Of a stretch of DNA of 64,000 nt, positions 23,341 to 35,709 are shown in pieces. The translations under genes were made by a program, and so were the position numbers. How positions within the stretch are numbered: position 1 is the first letter of the stretch; every line of letters starts with the position of its first letter. The notes under the pieces are model-generated. The model was not told the DNA's origin. It made no database searches and saw only the letters and a list, made by a program, of their open reading frames with translations. The DNA is from Haplodiscus bocki (lineage: Eukaryota): contig OZ296653.1 of assembly GCA_965655095.1 (NCBI GenBank), positions 93,558,001 through 93,622,000 on the forward strand, in the 5' to 3' direction.

Positions 23341-26300
23341 CGACCACTTCTCCTCGCCCCCGACTTCTCAAAGCTTTTCTGAAGAGCACACTCAAATGAA
23401 AGACGGCTAACAGACGGGCTGGAAACAGAAAATTGTTTTTTCGAGACACCAGGACTCGCTGATGATTGCCTCTTCTTGCCTTTCCCGGGACTTGACCGAC
23501 TGCAACAAAGGAGACCAAGCTTCTCGTGCTCAGCTACATACTGCACGTCCCCCACCTCAACAACAACAGAGATGCGGACAGTTGTTCGGGGCGCACTCTC
23601 ACCAACAGTTGATGAGCAAACGGTTTCAGCACTGAACCACCGCTCCCGTGTATCTTTTACCGCCTTCCTCTGGGACAAAAACTTCTCGCGGCAAGACTTC
23701 AAATCAATGATAACGGGGCCAGCTTCAACATCAATAGCTCCCCAAGGGTCAAATCTAGCGCTGTTTCGGACAGCATCTGCGGCAGTGACAGCAGTGTTTA
23801 GCATGCTGATCCCAGTCTCAGCAAAAAAACTTCTCTGTGTGAACGAGGGATGACACACAAAGTCCTGCACACACTCCACTGCCTCCTTCACCTTCTCATG
23901 GTCGATCGCAACCCCATCCAGCGACACAGTAAAAACGGGATGCAGCTCCGAAGGACCTTTTACCACTAGTGCTGTCAGCTGAAAGATCTAAAGCAGCACA
24001 TGTGTTAAATCATGAGACAATCAGAAAGATTCAGAAGCACAAAATACCAACTATGTGCAAATTCCGCCGAGAACGAAAACTGGGCAAACACGCTGTTGAT
24101 TGGAGCACGAGATCTATGGCTGCTTGCTTCCACCTGTCGCTGTTCGCGCACAAAAGAGTGGAAATCGGCCTTTGCAGGCTCGACCTCTGATCCCCTCACC
24201 CAGCGAAGTTCAAGCAGCCCATCTAGCAATTGCCCAAAGAGTTGGAAAGCGGAATAGTCGTCGCCCCCAATCAATCTCCGGGCAGAAACAACTGAGCCCC
24301 TGGCCAATTGGAGAACGCGCAGCAGCAAATGTCGAGAGAATGGTGCTCACGAGATCCTCAAGGAAACGACGACAGTCCCTACGGAACTCCATGCGGAGGA
24401 AGCTGCTGTTGACTTTCTCAAGGGACGATAACAGACGTGTCCCTTCCAGAAGGTGCTCCTCAGGAATTGCCCCAAAGCACAAATGATTTGGTAGCATGTA
24501 TGCCTCCCACTTCTCAATCACGGGCAAATCATTACTCCGCTTCACCTTCTGCAAGAGACAATACACAAAGCGTGAAAGTTCCCCGAATGCCAAGTACCCA
24601 TAGTCGGCGCGCCCAGAGTTCAGTTCTGTGAAGTTGTGTCTAACTGAAACAACACAAACAACGTGACAGGAGCATGATGAGAATTGGACCCTCCCTTCCC
24701 AAAAGCAGACTACCAAATGAGGATCGAACTGGGAGTGATACCCAAATTTCCTAGTTCGTCCCGTGAATTGACGAGTGGACTAGCAGTGATACTAAAAGTT
24801 CCTAGTTCACATTGACTGGCAATTATGCACTGAAATAAAACTCAGCAGCCCACACGAGTCCCCCAACCACCAGAAAGGAGGCCTAGACAATGCCCCACGG
24901 GCATAAAAGTGAAAACGCCGTGAATATACCAACTGTCCCAAATGAGGAAACCAGGAACATTGCCACAAGTTTCCTGGAATCCCCGCCAACTTTTCCGGAT
25001 TGTAAACGTACCAACGTGAGCTAGATGAGGAAGTGTAAGAAGCGGGACTTACAGATCTTGAGAATCAGATAGAACAGGCTGAATTTGCTGCGGGCCATCT
25101 GATCGATGTAGAAACAGCCATCGATTCCCTTCTTCTTAAAAGAAAACAGCAAGATGAAGGAGTGGAATTTGCAAAGGAAATAAACCTGCAAAATGAATTA
25201 TACCACTAGGTTGTCGCCGTCTGTCTTCCTACCAGTCTCTTTGAGGTACACCACGATGAGAGGCCACAATCCCACGATGTTGCTGACGACCTCAACAAGA
25301 GGCGGCATCGACAGCTCTCCAGTGATAATGGCACGGCGAAGACTCGTTCGGGACATCATCCAATCGCAATGTTCGGCACCCTTCAGTCGCGTGACAATGA
25401 ATTCCGTCATTGAAAAGGGATCCAAAGACCCAAAGACGGAAGATGACACCTTCTGCAAACACCGCTTCAGGAGACACAGATCAAAAATGGGATATTCCAC
25501 CAGCTTGAGCGAGTACCCACTACCCAAAAACTCCTTGTACGTGTCAGCCAGCACATGCGACCCGCCAGAAATCGCAACAAGGGACGCCGAACTACCCACT
25601 GCAGCCACAACTGACCCGAGCACTGCTACATCGTGTGTAGCATCAACTGTGAAACGGTCGACAACATCCACAGCAACCCGACGGAAAGTGCCCTTCTCCC
25701 ATGTTCTCATGAAGGCCCACAGTGACTCGCCACGCTCCTCAAATTCAAGGCCATAGAAATGATAAGCCTTTGCCCATCCAACAACCCATGACAAAATTCG
25801 GGGCAGCGTTCCAGTAATGATAATTGACTAAAAGCAAAACAACAATGTGAATCAGGAATGAGACGAAGAGGTTCCGGAAATCTACGGAACCTACCAAAAC
25901 TTCCTCTCGTGTCCAGGTGACTTCACGCTTCACTGGCCCGGCGGTTAGCACGAACTGCGCCCACAGTTTCTCGATGAGACCGTAGCTGCCTCCCATCTTC
26001 AACCCATCTACCAGGCAGGACACCTTAGTCAGGACTGGCAACTGAGGGTCGATCACACCAGCTTCGTCAGCGACCAACTCCTCTGCAAACGGATGCTCTC
26101 GATCCCGTACTACAAGAGGACCCTTCTGAATCTTCTCCCTCTGCCGCTCCAGCTCATCTTCAGTCAAGGGATTTCCTGGAAAACCCAGCACGCGCCACCC
26201 AGGTGTTTCAAGACGCAAACGCTGGTCACGGGCAAAGTGACCACGTCCCTGAAAATGCCGAAACAATTCATGGTGCCCATGGGTGAGCACGGACACATTC

Positions 26301-27847
26301 TTTCGACACAACTGACAATAAAAATGGCTGGGCATATTCGCAGCATCTAATGGCCCTGTCACAAAAAACCTGCCCAGCTCCGTTGCCGCGTAAACAGTTT
26401 TCATCCGGTAAGTTTACTTCAACAGAACTTTCCGGCAATCCTGACTTGCATGTCTCGTCTCCGCTGGTGTCCGACGTCTCAATTCTCTGCAAACTCTGTG
26501 AGGGTCCCTGCTTCAGCCGGTCCAGCACTTCATTCAGCTCTACCAACAGAAAAACGGAAATTGTCGACTAACACAATACTACTGAACCCAAAAAGGCGGA
26601 AAATACTAACTGTTAATCAAAGGAGACAGCAACTGAGCCTTCTCCTCTTCGGACATGGAGCGACACAAGGACACCGTTTGATGCCCAGTGGCACGAACCA
26701 TAGTGGCAGCGGGATCGGTCACGAACTGATCTGTAAAAGAAACAAACATGGTAAAAACTTGGAGCCAACTTGGAACAATACTAGTAAATTCCTCATTCGA
26801 GCACAAGAATTACCATCATCAAATGCCCGCTCTAATAGCTCCCTGCTTCGACCTCGACTGTGGACAGCCTCAGGGATATCATGTTGGGACCTCCCAACCA
26901 ACGGTACCAGGCTCCTGGTAACAACAATGAGACGCCCCCTCAACTGCCCATCAGTCTCCACGCTAGTCGACACTTCTTCATTTCCGATCTTCCCGGAATC
27001 GTCTCGGCATCGCCTAGAAATAACACAGGGAATGAGCCACTGATATGAAAAAACCTGCAATGTAGAAAAGAGAGCAACCAACTCTCAAGAACAGCCGTGA
27101 GAGGACTCTTTGGAGCGCGTTTCGTCTGACTCTTCTTTCTCTCGGCTTCTTCTTCTGTTGAAGTCGGCGCGCCAACCTCAAACTCGGAACCAGACACATC
27201 TGCCCGAGGCAATTCAGGCTCATTACCATGAACCACTGGTTCTCCTGAGCGATTGTACACAAAAAAACAACAACCTCACGAAGTCATCGTCATACTCGAG
27301 AGCGCGCGCAGCAAAACTAGCCCAAATAGAATTCATTGACTTGCCAGCAAAGAAATCCTAAATAGCAAGGCTAATGGTAATCGATGAAGATTTGAAAACT
27401 CACATTGTGGAAGGTGAGCGGTGTCAACGAAACCCTCGGACACATTCTTCCCAAGTCTCTTGCGGCGAAGGATCTCTGAGAGCGTGAATCCCTCAGACTC
27501 ATATCCAGAAAGCCCAACTTCGTCCACGCCATCAACAACATCGACGTCCTCATCCTCGTCCTCCGTATCAGCTTCAGTGCCCTTCTCGGTCTCGCACACA
27601 CCGCCTACTTCAATTGGTCTCTCCAGACCTCCCACAGGAGTCTCTTCGCCTCTCTCTCCAGCAACATTTTCTTCGGGGACAACAACAGGGGAAGGGGAAA
27701 CAACAGCTTGAACAGCTGATTTATTGTCCACTTGGGACGAATTGATCTTCGCAAGGAAGCTGACACTGTCTTCGGATATACTTTACGAATTGCTTCGAAG
27801 AACGTGGCTAATAAGCTAGTACATGGTGGATTTATAATTTCATTCAT
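23328..27847 (-). pseudogene. Antisense multi-exon accessory gene: zinc-finger protein, probably hAT-transposase-derived and catalytically dead
   Basis: GT-AG introns on the minus strand at 27358-27403, 27014-27082, 26731-26813, 26540-26610, 25828-25894, 25135-25203, 24644-25052 and 23988-24051. Five junctions join adjacent exons exactly in phase; the other three need a nearby frameshift. C2H2 finger CQLC..HFQGRGH at 26237-26323. Start codon uncertain; 3' end fused to IN by deletion. Confidence 0.8.
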
Positions 27848-28208
27848 GAAATTCATTATTATTTTAATTTTTAACATGACCGATTTGTCTGCCAGCAATG
27901 ACGTCATCATTACCATCATCATCATATTTTCAAGGATACATTGAGGAAACAAACTCAATTTTTCCTCCTTCACCAAAACTCATTCCTTGATTTGTTTACA
28001 AGTTATCATTTTCTGTTATACCGCCAAATACTCGACTTGAGCAGTTAGAGTGATACCGCGGGAACTTCAAAGCATCTCCCGCTTGGCGACGCATGCTGAC
28101 TGACTTCTTATTGATATCATCACTTTTTAAAGTCGCTTCGTTGATATCAGCAGCTCAAACCTTATCTCTAATTTTCTCACTTTTACAAACTCTGAGCAAA
28201 TCATCATC

Positions 28209-28898
28209 ATGAATATATCTCTGGATTCCTGCTCCACAGAGTCTGACGATTTTTACGTGAAGCAAACATCAACGGAAGGAAGCCCAATCCGAAATAATAC
28301 CCCTGCGATCCTCAATTCGACTCCGATACCCGGAGCCATGGAAAGAAAGGTCATCACAATCTCCTCTGTCGCCTCTCCGGAACCGCGAATTGTAACGCTG
28401 GACTCTGACTCGAATGACCCCACAATGCCCTATGGGTTTGGCAATCAGCAGCCGATTGTGCCGCCAAGTCTCAACGACCTCAATCTGCCGCCCAACCCCT
28501 TCAATGTACTGGCAACGATGGCCGTAATCCGAGTGGATGATGAATACAGCCCCCAGTGACCGGAGCCCTCCATCCCGTCTCCAATTTCAACGCCTCCAAT
28601 AAATGTCAGTACAATTGAAAGCTGCGACGCCACGTATACTACTACAGACGAAAACACATTCTATTCGTCAGAAAATGAGCCCAGAAGAGTCTACTGGGAT
28701 ATTTCGTCGAGCGACACCTTCGACTCTAACGAGCCAAGAAATGTGTCTGACGCCTCGAGCCCTTCCTCCACTCCGCCGCCTCCACGAAAACAGAAAAGGA
28801 AACTCAGCTTAGGGATGTCTTTTCCTAAAAGGGGCGGAGTGTCGCAGCACACCTGCGAGGCATGCGGCCAACCCTTACCGCCAAAAAAGACCCCCTAA
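28209..28898 (+). pseudogene. Ser/Pro/Thr-rich accessory ORF (230 codons, one internal TGA at 28557) running through the PPT into the 3' LTR
   Basis: The frame stays open after the TGA to ...PPPRKQKRKLSLGMSFPKRGGVSQHTCEACGQPLPPKKTP* (TAA at 28896-28898). Confidence 0.65.
28827..28839 (+). promoter_or_regulatory. Polypurine tract
   Basis: AAAAGGGGCGGAG lies immediately before the 3' LTR TG. Confidence 0.85.
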
Positions 28899-30502
28899 TG
28901 CTTAGAAGAAACTCAAACATTTTATTACTTTTGTTAAGCTTTCGCTATAACTCTACTATGTATTCTAACTGTTGCGCACATATACGGATACGTATATATA
29001 CGTATCCCTAACAATGCACATAAATATGGGTACGTATTTATACGGAACCAAACTGATAAGGACTAGGACGGAAACACTACGGAACAAACGAGTATTCACA
29101 GTATTTTTATTCGAATAGGTGCTATATTTATATTAATATAATTACTTAATTATTAAATATAAATCCACCTTTTTTGCAATGAAATCGAACAATGATTGAT
29201 TACTAGAAGTGCAGTTTAATTTCAAATTAGAATTAAATTGATGCTGTACGTAGATTGACTGATTTCAAGTGTATTGACTCTAGGAGTGAATATTTGTTCC
29301 GTACGTGTTCCGTCGCTACTAGTCTGGTGACGTCACTTTCCAAAGAGTAAGAACTAATGAGCTGTTGTTATTAATGAGGTGAACGTGAGGGTGATGATTA
29401 TTTATATTATTTTAAGTCATCCATTTCCATATTTATTTTTTAACCCATTTTTACAATCAAAGAAATATTTTTCCTTTCCCATTTATGGAATATTTTGTAT
29501 AACTGTAAACAGAGGTGTCGGCGCGGGAATAGACACTTTGATGTCCATCTCTGACGGATTAGAACCGTCCATTTTCTATCGAAATATGGGAAAGGCGCGT
29601 CCTATGAGGGAAGAGATGGATGGAAGTGTTGTTTATTTCCCGTCACAGTCGGCACTCTCACCTTTGATGGTATACTTTTCGCCGGCACTTTTCCCTATTT
29701 GTACTTTGACTTGGAGTGCAAAGAATTATGTTTCCCGCCAGGAAAAAGTATAAACAGGAGAAACGAAAGTACAACGTCAGAACTTTTTAGGGGTTTTGAC
29801 AGAACTTTACAGAACTTTTGAGAGCCATTCAAGTGAACTTTCAATAACTTTTCAGGAGCTTTTCAGAACCTTTTCGAAAACTCTTAGCAATTGTATTGAA
29901 CCTTCTTCAGAACGAGTGTACAATAATTTGTAACTGATAAGTACTGACGATATTTAACCAGTCTTTGCCTATTCTTCATTTATTCTTTATTTTCCTAACG
30001 CTAATACTGTAAACCTCTCAGTTGACTTTACAATAAAAAGACAATCATTTATTAATCGTCGAAAACGCTTTTCCATAGAATGGCAACCCGCAACAAAAAA
30101 AACTGGCAGCTTTGAATGAAGACAACTGTGAGGAACATCCCAGGAAGAATTTGGCATCACCCTCAAATGTTCCTAGATCACAGGAGGACTATATAACTCA
30201 AGTTTCCGAGGAAATTGAGGGAAGAGTCACCAAAAAGTTGTCACAAGAACTTAGCAGAACGGAAAATTGTATACTAGGTCCGCTAAGAAGACTTGATGAC
30301 TTCCTCATGAACCCACTACTCCAGGGCCACTCCAGAACCACTCCGGAGACGTCCCGGAATGTATTTAGTATTAACCAGGGAGCGAATGAGGATGACTCCC
30401 AGAGTGACCCTCATCCTGAAGCGGGCCTTCTCACCTCTGGCCGAGAGGATCGCCACGACATGGCAACGGGAGTTCAGAGAGAGAGCACACAGGCGCACGA
30501 CA
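28840..30502 (+). repeat. 3' LTR (1663 bp)
   Basis: Direct repeat of 16036-17879, followed by the ACCAG TSD. Confidence 0.97.
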
Positions 30503-33500
30503 ACCAGGAACCTCGAAGCTTCTAATTTGGTGTTTAAATTTTGCTCAAAGAACACAAAGTCCGTTGAAAACCGCGTTGAGGAAAACCACTGTTGTGAAGA
30601 CAGTGAAGGTAAAGCAGTTTCCTAAAACCTATGTTCTATGCTTTTGGGATGTATTGTTGAAAAATCCATTTCAGTGAGGTGTTCCTGAGTCAACTCAAGC
30701 AATTTTTCTCTGTTCAAACACTATTTTTCAAGCAAAAACTGTATATTGATTCCTATAACATTTGGTGGTCAACAGTGACCTGAAAATAGAAAGAGAAAAG
30801 TAAACTTAAATAAAAAATGTGCCGCTGTAAGCACTGGGCTTTATAGTTGCGAAAAATGCGGTGGGGTGAATACGAATGCATCGGGAGTGATTTGTTAGTT
30901 AATCCTGGACTCGTGGTCTCGTGGTTAATTGATAATCAGAGAAATTTGACAAAATAGAAAAATATAAGAAAACATGGGTAATTGAACACACTCTTTTGTG
31001 TTTAGTAAACTCGCAACGCCCGCTGTTTACGATTACGGTTCGCGTGTCTTTTTATCTGGTTGTAGGCAACTCGAATCGAAAATTCAGTATTATATGCTCG
31101 TCTGACTTTTCGAAACTTCCTCCATGTTTTTTTCCAAAAAAACTCCCTGCATCTTGTAGAGATCCACAAACAAATCCAAATTACAAAAATCAACGTCTCA
31201 CGCGTTCTTCGCCCAGAATGCCCCTATAACACTTGGTTTCTTGGTGAAATTGGTTCGAACCTCAAAATTGCTTCAGCTTCATGACGGGTTTTTATGAAGC
31301 CTGCAGAAACTCTCAGCGAGAATCTAATCTATCGCCCACTAATTTCTGCTCGCTTTTCCTCACTATTCCGATTCTTTTCTCTGCCGAGGAAAACTGAAAT
31401 TCAATCAAAATTTGGCTACTTTCATATTTTGGTCTGATTGAAAGTCTTTATGTAGAGGCTTTCATACAAAATGATATCTGCAGAAGTTACTGAGGAGACT
31501 GTGTTTCATCCTTTACTAAACTTGGATGTGATGCGTAAGTTGCTAGATAGGCTCTTTGCTAAAGGATCTTGAAAATCGCTCAAATTCGGCGTATATCCAG
31601 AATTTCTATCCTTTCTTTATTTCGTCGTTGGTCCTTAAATTACTTCAACTTCGCATGGACATAACTAGAGGACTCCCATGTATCACTTTTCAAATTTCCG
31701 TTGGGGTAAGAACTTTCGAAAATTTCTTTCGCGGAAAAAATCAAATGTCGGACTTTTTTCCTATTCCCAGTTTTTTTGTAAATTTCTAAGTCTTCTATCA
31801 TAAAATTCAAGTCCATATTGACCGGATGTACGTACGTTTCCTAGATATACCTATGCAGCATTGTCTTCTTTAAAAAACTTATAACGAGTGACACTAGCCA
31901 AAACATGGATTATTTTCCACTTAAAAGTCAGGAGTCAGACATTTTCTTCGAAAAGTTATGAAAAACTTCTTTTTATAGACTAGACCACCAGTTGCGAAAG
32001 TTTGTATTGTAGCTTTTTGGGAGCAACACATTCAAAAATATCCAAAAAAATCTTTTAACGAACAGCGTCAAAATGAAAACACCGTAATTCTTTTGAATAC
32101 AATTTAAAGTTTCTTAAAAAGCAACAAAGAAGGAATCTATCCCTGTAATTGAATTTAACTTCTAAGTAGCCAAAATTTATCTTTTGACTGCATGGACTCA
32201 ATCCCACCACTAATCTCTGAAGAAAACACCTTCAACAATGAAGCTATTAAAAATATTGCCAAATTTTCTTAACCATTCACTTCTTCAATTTTTTTCCGAG
32301 ATCTGAAACAATTTATCGCCTTTCTTCTTTCAAAGTATTTTGATGATGAACTGCGTGGAAAAACTTTTTACAGGCAGTTTCAAGGCATTTTGTTGAAAGT
32401 ATTCAACGGACTGAAAGTAATTGGATGTTTGGGATTCGTATTGCACAACACTCGCCAGCCGTCCGTGTAACTCAGAGGCGAAGTGGAGCTTCACAAAGCT
32501 ACCAAACCGGATTTTTTGCAACATTTCGAAAACTTGGAACCGCACGACCCATCAATGCCCAAAAAAATCTGAAAAAAAAAACGCGACAATATAGAGTTGA
32601 AAGTTTGCTGTAAAAAAGAACGCGAGATTTTTATCTGAAGATTGTGATTGAAACTCTCATTTGTGGGATTGATGAGAGCGTTGTTTTTGGCGGAGTTAGT
32701 GAGAAAAATGTGAAAGTTCTACAATTATGTGACTTTGCCGTTGGAGTATCAGCTCTTTTCCAACACCTATAGAAGAACACGACACCATAGGTTGTAAAAA
32801 TGTTCTCCTACTGTGGAAAAAGCCCACCGATTCAAAAAATAGGATCTTGAAGAAGCTGTTTAGAGTATTAGCTGGTGTATTTTAATGAAACCTGACACAT
32901 ATATAATTACAGGACTGATTTAGAGAACAAGCCAACAAAAACTTTGAAACAATCTGAACGCTGGCAAATTTTTGCTAAATATGGACATCAACAGTACTCG
33001 CTGAGCTAAGTTCACTTTCATAGTTTCGGAGAAATTGTCCATTTTAGCGCTGTCTTCTTAATTTAGATTTTTTTGTAGAAATCGCTAAAACGACCAATTT
33101 TTTTGCGAAACTTTCCTTGTTTTAGAAAACAATTCAAATATTTGTCTCGCGTTTTGGTGCCAAATTCACTATTAACTAGGAGTCAGAAGATGAAACGAGA
33201 AACAGAATTTCTTCAAACTGCTGCAAAAAGCTTCTCGATGACTTTGAACCACCAAAAACATCAAATAAATAACGGACATCTTTGGACCTTCCTGCGAATT
33301 TCAGTTCTATGTTCTATTCCTAATTGTGTGCTATGATAGTTTTGCCCAAATACCTGGAAAAAACATGGAAGACGAAAAGGCAAAATCTGGGACAAATGGA
33401 ATGTTAGCTTTTTTGGCCTACGTCATTGCGTCAAAAACACCTATCAAATCAATTAAAGAACTCAAAGAGAAATAAACTAGGAAAAATCTACTGCAGTTGT

Positions 33501-35369
33501 CTTTGGTTGCCCTTCTCGATTGGAAAAAAACGGTAGGAAGTTGAAAAAGAAGACAAATAAACCCAAAAGTGGAAAGAAAAATTTGAAAAAAAAACTATTT
33601 AAACTTTGTTTGAGGTACTAAAAGCGCCTTCTATTGTCTAACACATTCAAAAAATAGAAGCACTTCTCAGAAATTGAGGTTTGATATCAGTTTTAATTGT
33701 GTGCGTTGCTTTAAAAAATAAAAAGCTCGGCAAAAGAGCGAAATCTAGGTCTTAGTCTTGTAAAACAGTTGACAATTTCCATGGTTTCAATAAGACGAGC
33801 AAAAATCCAGACAGTATACGTTAGTGTTAACTTGTCAACCTCTGCGCGAGAAAAAGTGCCCGGGCAGGGAAAACAGGAATGTTTGGGCAATCCCATTAAA
33901 TTTTTTCCTAATGTACGAAAAAAAGGCTCAATTTCAGAAAAGATTCAACAGTTGTTTTTTCAATGCCATTTTGAATTCCCGGCAAAAGCAGTCAACCAGA
34001 GGTGTAGTTGCACTGCAACCTTTTCCGTGAAAACAGCGCCTAAAGCTTTGATTCAACAAAAAGCAAAAGCCTTTAAAAACCCCAATTTGATTTGTGCAAA
34101 ACGAAAGATCCAGAGAGAGACCATGACAGAAGTGTTCATGGTAGCCTTAGAAAAATCCGATGGACTTAGAGAACTTTGACGTTGAATAGCTTCTACTTAA
34201 CAGAAATAAAAGGACTCTCTCGTCTTTCGGCCTATCAAATATCCAATCAATGGGACAAAATTAAGGATTGTTCAATGTAGGAAACATCTTAAACTACAAC
34301 ACCGTCAAAAAAGACTTGGACGGAACAATTCAAAGCAACAGCTTTCGAGAAGGATGAAACGGAAAATCGAAATTTGTGGAAACTAACAAAAATTTTGCCC
34401 CTTCTGGCCAATCAAGATCCGGATTCGAAAGTAGGGAACAATGTTTTTAATTTTCAAAAACAAGTTGACTTCCTCAAGTGAAGAACTATTTATTGAAAAC
34501 TTGACGGAAAAAAGAACAAGTAGAATTGAAAAAATGCAAGTTTAAGTTTCGAAGTATGTGGGAACCAAAAGCAATTTCCGGATTTGCTGGTCCATCAACA
34601 TTCCACGACATATTTTTTTTTCGTTGGGACAACTCAGCTAAATTGAAAAGCTTCAAATTTAGAATGTCCCGGAAGAAAACAAGTCGGTTTTTATGGAGAA
34701 ACACGAGCTTGAAAAAAGAGACAGAGAAGACAGCGAGTTCAAAAGTACGTCGCACTATCGAGCAACAAGATTCGATTGTGAGGAACAAAAATGATAGTTT
34801 TCAAGCATGATACTCTGAAAAGCAGACACATTTCAATTGTGAACTTGGTAGTAGAATTCAGGCCTGTAGTATTTGGGAAAAATCATTTCGAAAATCAACG
34901 TTATTCAAAAAACAAAGCTGTAGTAGAAAAAAGAGCAAATCAGGTGGAGTGAGGAAGGTTGGAAGAACATATATGTTAGAATTGTCTTTGGCAAGCCAAC
35001 TGGAGCCGAGAAGGTCCATCTGCCCAAGCGGGAATCTTTCGATTTTTTGGTTTACATTATGCTCGATTCTGACTGGCTGACGAAATCTGTAAGTTTTCTT
35101 CTGCTTGAGTTTGATTGGTTGTCGACAACTTCTTACTTTCGGGTGACATTCAAATGTGCCTGGTAAGAAGATAACACAGTTGATGGAGTTCCCCATTCTA
35201 TGAAAATAGGATAAAGATACTCCAAAACTGATTGGAGTGTTATTGCTCACTGATATGTAATAATTTTGACTACAAGTTCGAAATTAAGAAGAACATATTC
35301 GGACAATTACTTTTCATAATTGTTTTTGATTTGTTGAAAAATTTCTCGAACTGTTTCCTCAAAAGAAGA

Positions 35370-35705
35370 ACGAAGAATTTTGAATTTCAAAAGTTTGTTG
35401 TCGCTAAAGTTTCAAGATTGAGAACCGGCATATACCGTGTAAAAAGGGCAATAATTGAGATGGGGCTCCATTAGTGTTGGCATCATGTACTTGTAGTGCT
35501 GTTTGACATTGCGGTGTTTTATAAGTCAGAGTGGGTCTGCAGTAAACGACCATAACAATTTTTTGCTTTCGTTAGCGAATGCTCACATGGATGATGCTGC
35601 GTTGCGTGTTGATATCGGCTAAACTCTCATTGTCAGATGTTGGAACTTATTCAAAAGAAAACCAATCAAGCTACGCATATTGTTATAGAAAGATACGACT
35701 GAGAA
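35370..35705 (-). pseudogene. Adenain-like cysteine protease remnant of the large Polinton
   Basis: FSFE*VPTSDNESLADINTQRS..(G)EH.. and ..PFYTVYA fit the Polinton protease pattern (FPSD..IINT..GEHW..CGxY). Lies directly downstream of MCP. Confidence 0.45.
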
Positions 35706-35709
35706 ATCT

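Larger units (their letters stand above)
16036..30502 (+). mobile_element. Ty3/Gypsy LTR retrotransposon, 14.5 kb, with ACCAG target-site duplication
   Basis: Paired LTRs TGTCG...CGACA. ACCAG at 16031-16035 and 30503-30507. PBS and PPT present. Domain order gag, PR-RT-RH-IN is diagnostic of Ty3/Gypsy. Confidence 0.97.

Noticed and set aside
24734-24808. Short direct repeat (GTGATAC..AA.TTCCTAGTTC) x2 in the long antisense intron
   Set aside because: Two copies only; most likely a local duplication, with no evidence of function.
23476-27711. Several long plus-strand ORFs (e.g. 25193-25756, 26450-27043) as a possible env or ORF3
   Set aside because: No signal peptide, furin site or TM anchor. 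They are shadows of the spliced minus-strand gene.
30905-31262. A-box-like GGACTCGTGGTCTCGTGGTTA and B-box-like GGTTCGAACC as a tRNA or SINE
   Set aside because: The boxes are over 300 bp apart and no cloverleaf or tail is visible.
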